A stretch of 64,000 nt of DNA from Balanoglossus misakiensis (lineage: Eukaryota > Animalia > Hemichordata): assembly GCA_040954595.2 (NCBI GenBank), contig CM082586.2, positions 2,361,124 through 2,425,123 of the forward strand, given 5' to 3'. Positions 11,934-23,900 of this stretch are shown here, piece after piece. The notes below the pieces were generated by a model. That model saw only the letters and a program-made list of their open reading frames with translations. It ran no database searches and had not been told where the DNA came from. Numbering within the stretch: the first letter of the stretch is position 1; every line of letters begins with the position of its first letter. A program made the position numbers and the translations under genes.

Positions 11934-14900
11934 CTATCTGTTTCTTTCCAGTGTGAGTGGGTCTTTACATATATTATCGTGGATCTCTATAAATAGCGGT
12001 ACATAGGTCAGGTAATCCAGGAAATCCACATAATTCTTCCCTTCTCGATTGAATTTGTCGACAATCTGAAAATCAGAGATAAAACAGTTTCAGTTATTTT
12101 CAAGTTCCGCTTCATTACGTTTACTCACCGGTCCAATCACTCCAAACGTGTCTGATAACAATAGGGATGGTTTGAAGTCAGGGCTTTGATGAGGGATATG
12201 GTAAGTTTGGTGCCCGGGGGTAACTGCCCTAGATCTTTCCCCATCATTGAATTTGCAGGTAATACTGCACCCCCGGGGGATGGCGTATACGTACATATTG
12301 CGTGTGCTCCTTCGTGATGCCACCAGCCGCGCATTCAATGGCCAAATTACGAATGCTGACTTCGCCTGGTCCGAAGTCCTGGTCGTCTTCTTCGTTTACG
12401 AGTAACTGAAACAGCTCCTGAAATCCGGATGAAATAAGAACTGTTGAAATCATGCTGAGAATTTGGACTGTGCTATGTCTTGTACTTGAAAGTACTGGTG
12501 GAAATTTGAACGTGATCAAGCGCACTATGCGATAAATCTTTTCTGTAACACTTCCAACCATTATTTTGAAAATAAGGAGTTTCTACCTTGGCATGATCTA
12601 GTTTGACACTGAGGGCTTCAAAGTCCAATTTATTGATGAGCTTCCGGACAAACGGACTGAAACAGAAAAGAGCAGTCCAGGTCAGATGCGTACAAATATA
12701 ATTATTTTCTGGTCTTTAATATAGGGACAGTAAAACCATGACAACCATACTTACTCTAATCGTGATACTTTCTCCGATAGAGCTGCGACTACTGTAAATA
12801 ACTTGAAGTTGATTTTGGAACGCTGTGGTAACTCTAAAATCTGTAAAATTGGGATTCATAAAGAGAACATGGTTAACAACGTCTTGTGCTTTTCATGGCG
12901 TCTCAAGGAGGAATTGGTGACTATACTCAAGTATTTTCTAAATAGCCACATGTAACTGAAAATCGAGGTCTACTCACATGGTAAATATATTCACATTCTT
13001 TCTCTGTTATAAGATAACCGTTGATTTGTCGAAGAGCAGGCTCCACTTCGTCCATGTCCATTTGCAAATCCTAGAAAAATAGGCAAAACAGTATAGTATA
13101 ATACGGGTACTTCTCATTAATGGCAAAGCAAGGAGTTGTCAATTTGTCGATTGAGGGCGCTTGTTGGTACAGTGGTGGAGATCTGGCGTCTTCTCGATAG
13201 TTAAATAAAATGTCAACTTCTCTTATGGAATCGTCACGATGAGAAACATGTGCATCAAAGAAATTGCTTACTGTGACTGGGTTCATCTTCTGGTACTTGG
13301 GACTCTGTTTTCTCCGGAAGTCGGGAGATTTCGCCAGCCTCCTGTCGTCCTCAACGCGTTTCAAGGATTCGAGAATTTTGAACGTGACCTTCCTCTCCTC
13401 TGGAAAATATGAAAACCCATTTCAATCATTTCACTTTAATCTGAGTTTGGCAGCAATACTTGCTTAAATTTTGTAATAGAAGACAATAGCTAAATGAATA
13501 CTTACCGCGCAGCTCAAGAATCCGTTTGTCTGTTTCCTCTAACTTTTCCAGAGCACGCCCCAATTCTAAGTCAATTTTCTCAACTTCCGGGATTGTTTCC
13601 AACTGCAAAAATCAAGTTTTCAAATTATTCGTTCCGCACATTTGAAAATTACCAAATAGACAATTTTGTAGAACAAAACGACAAAAACATATTTCTTTTT
13701 CAGCTTTTAACTAAACAACAGGGACTTTACGAAATAACTAGACGGTTACCATGGCGATTTGATTGCTCTCAAGTCTGCCGATGACGTAAGTGTCTGACGA
13801 CGGGTCGTGTCTGGGCTTTTCGTCTTCGACTCCGCCATTTTGCAGTGCCATCATTGTGCGCACGTTACCATCTTTGTTTGGCAAGAACCGGACTGTACCG
13901 CCCGGGGAATGAGTATGATCTGAAAAGCAGAAGAAATGTTCGGTCACGTGACTATTGCAAGTAGAAATACGAGTCAGTACTGAGAGCATGAGCAGAAACT
14001 AAGCCACAGGTGGCACAGAACAAAACTAATGGGCTCCTGGCCGCCATTTTAGTTTTGTGCTGCGACATGATCCAATGCAGTGGGACTCTCCTTTTGGGTC
14101 CATTACCTTTTGCTTTCGTCGGAGAGTTGCTTTTTGTTTTGCCTTTCTTGTTTCCTTTGTTCTTCTTCACGGGAGGTTCGTAATCTTCACGTAAAACTTC
14201 AGGAAATTCCTTCCGGGCTGCACCAGCGATGAGCTTGATCCTCCGACCTTTTGGGGTAAAGGTGAAAGGTTAAAGTTCACAGGCTGAGGTATACCAAGAA
14301 TGATAGAAAGACCCACACACAAAGAGTTCCTTTAAGATGCTGTACATCACAAAATAGATACATCAATTATTACATGTAAAAGCCTACCTTCCAAGTCTCT
14401 GACTTTTTTCTTCAGACTCGTAGCTTTATCTTTATTCGTCTTTAGAATGTAACTCACTTTCCCGAGTTCATCATCGGCGTCAAACTGAATGGAAAGAATA
14501 AAAGATAATGTGGTAAGATTGTTTTCAGTTTACCCAAGCTTATTGCGTACTGGCAAATTCGAAGTTTCAGATATAATCCCATTATTGGTAACAAAATAAT
14601 AACGAAACGTGTAGCATTTAAAGATAGCTTCAATGCTTACTGAACTAGAGCCGATAAAACTTGAGGATCTGCTCCAACTGTCGTAGTCACTCGTTGGACT
14701 TTCCGGCCGAGCATCCTCTTTCGGGGCTTCGCTAAACGTGATTTTCAACGGACTGACGTAATCATCCGATTCCTCGTGAACGGTGGACGGGGCGAACGTG
14801 GATTTGAGGGAGTCCTCCTCGCGATCCGACGACGCCTTTGAGCTGGCGTACCCGGAGTCTTCAGACGCCGTGTCCGAGACCCCTAGAGATCGTCGCCCTC

Positions 14901-17900
14901 CTCGTAAGGACGACTTTTTGCCGTTCACCGGTATGGGTGGCTGGTCGGTCGGCAACAGCTGGTCCGGCCGGTAACCCTTCTTCTTCATCGTGTTGTTGAA
15001 TACTCGCTGATACGCCGGTAATCTCTCTTTGCTGCAAGAAATTCGTAATCTGTCATTCTCAGGCGCGATTTATTTTTATTCTTAAAATATTTCAAAGTTG
15101 CCGCATTTTTGACAGCGTTTAAACATTGTTATAACATCTGAACTCTTTGAATATTGACACGACTATGTGGTAGGACTTCTATAATGTCACGTAACAGAGA
15201 CTGAACGAGCGTAGAGATTTTCAACTGTAGTTGTTTTGTTGCCAATAGCGATGAAACGCTCACGGATCAAGCTTAATCTGCTTTGAATGGACATTCAACG
15301 GCTTAGCGATATTACGTGACTGTGAATCAAAAGTAAAAACGCAAGCCCCCAGGTAACATGAACCATATAGAGCTATAGCAGCTCTAGCGCTAAAACAAAG
15401 ATGGTCCAAAACACTGAGGGTGACCAGAAATCAATCAGTTGCTTGAGTCGAATGTTCCAATTGGATATCTGCGAAAAAAAATTCTGAGCTTTGCTTTTTC
15501 CCCTGACGTTTAGACGACAAGTAGATCGTTTGCAACACTTACTGGACAATGCAGTACTTGGCCAGATAGTCCAGTGGATCCCTAAACCTCTCGGCTCCGT
15601 CGTCAACTTTCGGCATCGGTGTCGCTTCCCCCATTCCTCTGAACTTTCGCTTCGGAGGTCTGAAATCGAGTTTATAAAAAATGGCGTCATGTAATATACA
15701 GACGACAGCTGCCAGCTCGACTGTCGGTCGGTCGACAACAGTGCTCGGCTATTTGCACTCCAAAACATTGACGTTCGTGCGAGATAGCCATCTAAACTGA
15801 TCTTCGGAAATATCATCACGAACGCCTGGACAAAGCAATAGTGATTACAACTGATGCCGACCACCCGACAATAGGACGTTTCACCTTCAGGTATTACTAA
15901 GCGATGTGTAGTGTTATTCAGTTGTTAGTTGCGTGTATTATTCATCTTCAATGACAAGCAAACAAATCAAAACTCGTGACGCCTTCTTTTCAAATCTTAG
16001 ATGAATATAACGGACAGAGATCTTTCGCGTTGTGCGACAGTATAAAATGAACCAAGGACTAAGTGTTTACATGTACATGTAGTGATAAAACTTGCTAAAT
16101 AGGAAATGTCATGGTCGTTTTCTTTCTTTATTCGATCATTCAGTTCATTCAAAATGGCGTCTAGATTTGAATGAAGAGAGTAACCATAGATATTGTAGTC
16201 GTGAGTTGAAAATATGGTAAGAGCGAAAAAATGGTAAGAGCAAAATTAGTCGAGTCTGAGCTGGTGTTAAGGAGAATCGATCGTAGGAATCGGTTGGCCC
16301 ACTAAACTCACCGTCGCTTCCACCTGATCGGCGCCTTTGCCTTGGGCGGAGGGGGCAACTTCGCAAGCTCTACCTCGGGTAGCTCCATCGGCTGGGGCTC
16401 CGCCGGTTCTTCGGGCTCCGGGGTAGGAGGCGTCGGGGTGCGCGGCGGGGGAGGGGACTCGGGCGTCGGGAGAGGCGGCAACTCGATCGGTGTTGGTGGA
16501 AGTGGTGGTGGTGGCGTCTTCGGCTTTGGCTCGGGTTTGGGCTCGGGTTCCTTCGGAAAGATGCAAACATTGAAAGTCAATTACTCTTCAAACGTCACCC
16601 ATGTCTAGTACCCATCTGATTCCACGGAAACACCGAACTGAGAGGAATTTTCGCGGTCACTGCTTAGATATAGCAGCCATGTTGAACGCATTTACAGTAA
16701 ATACTTGTTGACATGGTTCCAGCCCAGTAGTGCTATTGTTCTTTTGATTTCGGACAAAGAATCTTGGACCATTGTTGCTTTAGTCGAACCAAGAGTTTAC
16801 AATCTGTACCGTGTCCAGGCGGGCATAATGAAGTACAGTAAAGAATGTGTTTGACCCTTTCTCTCTTGGGTCTATGATTTGACAATAGCGTTCGACTAAA
16901 TCGGCCATACTGAAGTCAGAGCACGACAGTTACATGCTAAACCGTCAATGTGCAACGTTATTTTTTCACTATGAGGTTCAGTTGGTTCCGGTGTAACGTG
17001 CCTTACTCCGCGGAGCACGAGCAAACTGAGCAGAATTCAAGTGTCCTCACCTTGACCACAGGCACCGGTTTTTCTTCTTCTACCACCTTGGGTTTCGGCT
17101 CAATCTTGACCCTCTTCGGCTTCTCGGCTTTTTGTTTCGGCACAATCGGCTCCTTCTTCTTTTTAACTGGAGTGCAAGTTCAAGGGACGCCGTAAGTGTA
17201 AACAGTCTCAAGTGAAAAAGAGCAAGGCCGCCATCTTTTCTTTTGACGTGAGATGAAGTTCATATTATTGTACTTCTTGCACTATCTTGAATTAAACTCT
17301 TACCTGGTGGCGGAGGTTTAGGAGGAGGAGATGGTTCTCTGGGAGGAGGGGGCGTCGGTTCCTTCGGCGGAGGTGGAGGTTCTAGCAGAAGAATACAATA
17401 CGAAAACTGGATTAATTACTTGTGACGTCATTATTACGCCATCTGTACACATCACAGTTAACCCGCAAAGTTACTTTCTGCACAATACGACGATGTTCAC
17501 AGATATTACGACTTACATGTGACTGGACAAAACGTTGGACTACAGACAAGGAGAGAAAGCGCTTTGTGATTAGCCGCAAGAAACTGCGGTAAACAGTGCT
17601 CAACAATTGCTGAGCCAACTGATAATAGAGGGCGCTGTATCATGTAGCTTTTTCAGTTGCGAATTACTGGGACGGACCAAGAATTCTGTCAAATGTAGCA
17701 TGACGTCACAGAGGTCAACAGAGGTGACGTGTAGTAATCCAGAGTAACTTCTCTCGGTTGTTTACGAATCAGACATGAGTACATTGACATGCACATGCAG
17801 ATACTGTACACAAAATGAACACCACGACGAAACACGAACTCCTCAAGACAATATACATTCCTTACTCCAACGTCTAAACCGACGAATAACGTAAACGGGC

Positions 17901-20900
17901 TTGTTAATAAGGGGGTCGTGCATTAAAAGGGTGATCGACTAGGGATTGGGTGAAGCCGAGATAAGACGCTGACACCGGAACAGGTATTATACACTAGGGA
18001 CGGTACAACACAAACGCGACACACGGAATATTAGGGTTAAGTTCAAGCACATGACATCTAAAACAGTTGTGCGCAGGACGGTTACCATGTTTAAGCGGGT
18101 GTCAAAACTTACAACACATCAAATTATTTTCCACGTCACAAATATTAGATTATTTTTCACTCGACACCGGCTTACCATCTTCTGTGACTGGTGTTACGTC
18201 CACTGTTTTTTCTTTCCCCCTTGCTTTTGGCTTTGGTGGTTTCTTACTAGCAACTTTCTTAGCCACTTTGGGCTTTTCTACTTTTTCAGGGGGAGGTTCA
18301 GCTCGAGTCGCCGCCTTGACAGGCTTTGACTTGGCTTTCGGTTTGTTCGGGGCTTTCTTTTCTTGTTGCGTCACGAGTTTTGGCTGAGAAGGAGGAGGCG
18401 GAGGAGGAGGGGGCGCGACCCCGCCCTCAGCCTTAGGGCGTGTACTTTTGACCTTCTTAACAGGTTGCTTAGCAACGATCGGAGGAAGAGTTGGAGACTC
18501 TCGCTGAGTGATCGTCTGCGCGGGTTCTGGGAGCAAAAAGTTAAAGTTAGCAAAGAAGTTACCTTTACAGTTAATCTGTGAGAATAATGAGACATTAATA
18601 AATGGCATGCAGGGGATAATATTTACTAGAGTTAGGGAGTACTAACTCTGAGAACAGACATTTTGCCCAGAGGCAGTTGAGAACAATGCGCTTGCGTCGT
18701 TACCATGGCGTCTGATAAATCACCAAGCCCAGAGTACATTACGACTGTTCTACTTGAATAGGGCATGCAAAGAGTTAGAAATATATGAGCATAATGGTGT
18801 TAGTACATTACACTAGTTTTGTTATCGCGTGACCTGTGGCAACCCCAGGACGACAAAGCTGTCAATGATTCCCGCGAGAAAAAAAGTAACATCTGTACAT
18901 TCGTGAAAAATATATACGAAATGTATATTCAGATGATTTAATAAACACGTACCTGGTGTAGGTTCCTTCGGAGGAGGAGGAGGGGGAGGCGTCGGTGGCG
19001 GGGGTGTTGGAGGGGGAGGCGTCGGTTCCTTTGGTGGTGGAGGAGGCGGAGGTGGCGTTGGCTCCTTGGGAGGGGGTGGTGTTGGAGGAGGAGGGGTCGG
19101 AGTACGAGGTTTTGGGGGCACTTCCTTCGGGGGCGCTGCAAATAAAACAGAATAGGTAGAGTTACTTGACTTGGTCGTTAATTCAATCTAAATAATCCAC
19201 CGTGAGAGGAAATGATTGGCTTGTTAGTATAATACACAGCGTCAAATCGTAAATCCCACCAAATCATCACCCAAACACAGAAGAACTATTTTCAAACAAA
19301 GAAAGTAAATCCAAGCGATGTTAAGCACACACAAGCACCAGTAAAGAAATTGAGATGAAAAAATAAACAATCTGATGGGTAATAATAAAAAGCCAAACGG
19401 GAAAACAGCCTTCAAAGGCGTGAGCAAATCTCGAACTGAGATCACGTGTTTCACCGCTCACCAAACAAACAAACGTGAGATTTGTGGGCGAGAGTCTCGC
19501 CGTGTCACACCAGAGAATCTCACTCCAATATTTGCTGTGTGACCCTTACTCTTTTCTGGTTTCAAAATGGTTAGTTCTGCAGGAGGGTGGTCCTCCTGTG
19601 TTAGTGGTTCAGTTAGGTCAGTATTTGCAGGTGGGTGACCTTCGACCATGTCCCCGATTGGCTGGGGTGCTTCTCTCCTGGCGACGGATTTTTTGGTTCG
19701 TTTGGTGGCAGCTTTCTTTACAACAGGACGCTTTTTCTTGTTCGATTGAACAACTTTGCGTTTTTTAGTTTTACGCTGTGTTGTGTAAACACCACCGGAC
19801 GATGATGACTCGTCAGAACTCTCCGATTCTGTGCTCTCGGATTCTGATGAAGTTTCTTCGTAGTCAGTTGATTCTTATGTATGCAAATGCGCATGCGTGT
19901 GTTGTGATCAGAAGCAAATAGAAACATCATGCACTGTGTTTTAAATATTCGCAAATCACATGCTGTTCACACCACAAGAAGATACATCACACGAACATGC
20001 AAGCATGGCAAGCCGAATGCGAACACACACAACACCAATGATAGTATTCAAATCATGTGCGCAGCTCATGAAACACGAATCCATGCATCATGCAAGCACA
20101 ATTTTCAAACAAATAAAATATTCAAAACCAAATCTAAATATTCTATAGTCAGAATTTACACCTTTGGTGCTCGCTTTACGATGGCGTGAGGAAGACTTTT
20201 TGTCATTAACACCACCCCCTTTCGAAAGCTGTTGAAAGCAAGTGCATTCGTCTGGTGAAATTCCCGCCTTGGATCGGCGTTTATCGTGCTTGCAGTAATT
20301 CGTGTTCTGAGGTGAGGGTGTTGTCAGTGTTGTGGACGTTGACGAGAACGAGGCTCTTCCTCGACGAGAACTACTGGATACAGTGCGAAAGTCTACATCT
20401 AAAAATAACAAATTGTGTATTGTGATTGGTGTCCAAACTATTCATGCGCAATGAATCTACAATATTCATGCGCAGTGAAGACAGTGCCATGATTGGGTGA
20501 ACGCCTGGTTTGCAAATTTGCATAGCATTCGACGAGTGCAGAGAGCATGCGCAGTTTTTAGGAAGTGAAAGCTAGACAAAGATTCTCAGTGGCCAGCGGA
20601 AGTAAGGCGTTAGTTCATCGTGTCAGTCTTTAATTAAAAAAACAGACGTAAATAAAAAGGTTGTCAGTGTTTAGATATCATTCAGAATCAGTCATGCGTA
20701 GACTGGACTACCTTCTTCTGTCTCGGTCTCAGACTCTGTCTCCTGTGAGGGCGTAGCACTAGAAGAACTGGGAGGCGGCGAAGGCTCAATCGGAGGCAGG
20801 ATTGGCGATGGCGAAGGAGATGCTGATAAAATTCAAAAAGCGTGGTTGAAAAACGAAAAAAAAAGCAAGGCTTCGCCAGCATTTTTGAATGCAAGCTTTC

Positions 20901-23900
20901 AATGAAAATGCGCAATGAAAAACGATCGATGAACGAAAGTAAACAAGGCAACAGGCAAAAAAAATGGCCGCATTTGCATGCAATACACTGTCCGCATAGA
21001 AACTATGAGTTAATTGGACATTGTCAGCTCAAAAAGAACTTTACATGATCAATCAAGATCCGCTGAAATCATCTTTACTGATTGGCATTTGCGGTCAAGA
21101 AAGGATATGCACTAGAGAAGCCATTACATACCTGGAGGAACGCTCTCCACTCCAGAATCAGGGGTGTCTGGTCTTGTTTCCGGTTCCGGTGTCGGACTGC
21201 ATCATGGGAAAATAGAAACAACCGGTGTTACACTACATCAAACCAGTGTCACTTGTTTTATGATTAGTGAGATAAACTATACTGGCTCCCAACATTCGGT
21301 TTAGAAGTAACACAAATCTTAAGTGGTTTTAGACAGACAGACAGATTTACTTACGTCTTCGGCTTTGGAATAACGACAGGTTTATCCTTCATAGGCGGCA
21401 CCTCCTTCGGTTTCGGTTTTGGCTTGGGCGGGGGTGGAGGTGGCTCGGCTACTTTCTTTGGCCTCGGTTTGGGCGGTGGCGGCGCTGTGTACAGTTTCTC
21501 CGTCCGCTCGGGTCTGTCGATGGGAATAGTCACTGGTTTCTTGGGCGCTTTCTTCGGCTCCCACTTCGGAGGCGGCGTGTAATCCGGCCTGGATCTCTCG
21601 AAGTCCACCGGCACGGTCGGGTCTTTGTCGCTCTTCTTCAACTCAAAGCCCTTGTACTTCGGAATGTTGAGGTCTCTGTCAGTACTGAACGGATCCTTGG
21701 CCTCCGTGAATTTCTTCTCCGTCCTCTTCAGTTGGAACGCCTTTGGAGCTGCGCGTGCGTCAAGACAAGACCACGTGTTAGCCTATATTTAACTTTCGTT
21801 CTACTCACATCAACTTTGCATTTATACATGATGTACAGACACATAATGTTAGATTACTTACGTCACTGACAATAATTATTTACATTGTGAATAAAATATG
21901 ATATAAGGTGAATTTTACACTGGCTATTACACGTATCATGCGACACCCTGCTGGATAAGAGGACTTCACAGCATGCATGTATGGGAGAACAGTGGAGGGA
22001 CTGTGATGGGAGATTTAAACATTCGGAGCTGTCACTGGAGATCAAAAATCCAGAGCTTTCATCTGCAAGTTGCCTATCAATAAACTTAATAATTTCAAAA
22101 GCTGGGGTATTATTTTGAAGGAAATATACGGGTCGTGTCAGCAGGCTATTGCTAGTCTTGTTGTTATGAACAACCATGGTTTTAAAAACATGAAAATCAA
22201 CATGTTGTGAGCGAATAACGGACATGCATTACATTTCACAATGTTATTACTGTACAAACATTTACAAATGCCAAAACATCAACCTTTATAGGGTTTCTCG
22301 TTAACAGCAGCATCCTCTGTATAGTCTGTGGGAAGAACAAGAGCGATTGATATAGCATCATAGAAGCAAAGCAAGCCTGCAGCGCCCGCAGGTGGTGATG
22401 AATACACTAAGCAGTACCCAGACCCCTCTGCTTCTTCCGTTGGGAACAAAGATGGCCGACTCGGGGCAAAAGCCAATACAAGCACGCGGCTAACAGAATC
22501 GAGACATCTGCTTTAGGAATAAATGGGAACATGTTAATGTTATTCTCTGTACAATCATATAAGAAGCACGATCATTTTATGCAGACGCACCTTTCCATAA
22601 TTTTGTTTTCTCCTGAGGTACCGGTGTTGGAGCTGGAGGTCGAAGCACTTCTTCAGTAATCTTGTCAAAGTATCGTTTCGTGTCTTGAGAAAAGAAACAC
22701 ACACAAACGTCAGCTCAACTTGACCTATGACCCAAATATTCAGGATTATAGAGGAACTGCTCATATAGATGTGTATCACCTGAAGGTGACATTTTATCGT
22801 CAATTTGTACCTTGTGTGTGAACAGATGTCCCAAGTCCAGATTCCGAGGATTGGTCGGCGATAGACCTATCATAGTTGCCCTTATTGTAATCTTCCATGG
22901 CTGAAATGAAGTTAGGCACCGTATTAGTATTATGGGATGCATTGATGAAAAATCAGCGACAGCAAAATTTGTGGCAGCGACATGGAGACGACTTTCACAG
23001 ATAACCAAGATGGCGACGCGATGAAATGGAAATGAAACTATTGACATTATCTTGGAGTGATCGTCTGTAGTTGTCTACGAATATTGATGAAAAATGGCGA
23101 AAGGGGGGAAAATAAAATATTCAATGACATGAAGCGCGAGAAAAAAAGGTAACTGGTATTTTTTTGCCCGACAGGTAAAGCCACTGAATCGCTATTCCCT
23201 GCATTGCCCAGCGCCATCAAAGCCTATATTAATGAGTACTTTCGTTCTCGCCTGCCACTGGCACGATTCAATGACTTTTCCATACGACGCAATAATTAGT
23301 ACATCACGAACACCAGATACATTTAAGTAACAGATAACAACGTTAACACAAAAACACATGTTTGGATTATAAAATAATTTAAAAAGTATGCAAACATAAT
23401 TAATGGTAAATAATATAAGAAACCAATATCATTTCACAAGATACTAGAATGATATCTAATGAAACAGCAGGATCCAATTGGCGTTAAAAGGCATTCTTAC
23501 CACATGAATGACACCACACAACATGAAATGACTGACGATTAAAAAAACTTGTTATTCCCAAAACAAAATAATATTACTAGTATTATCACCATTTAATATA
23601 AACTATAATGAGTTGAGGATTGTTAAGCATGATAAATTTAAGTTAAATACACGATTAGTTCTAATTATACTATAGCTATGTAAGTCAAGTAATTTTCACC
23701 TCTTGAGCATGCGTAACAAACCGCTGTAAACCAGGGAAATAAACAACAATAATTAAGTACATTAATTTTAATGTTGATGTTGTGGTTGTAAATATATTAC
23801 ACAGAGCACTGATACCACGGAGATTCCAGAGGTGTTTAGTCAATTACCAGTAGCAGGTAAAGAAATAGGCTTTATCTTTCGAGAATATCTTACCAAAGAG

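Noticed and set aside
16342-16608. Gly-rich plus-strand ORF (also 18067-18387)
   Set aside because: Antisense shadow of proline-rich minus-strand exons.
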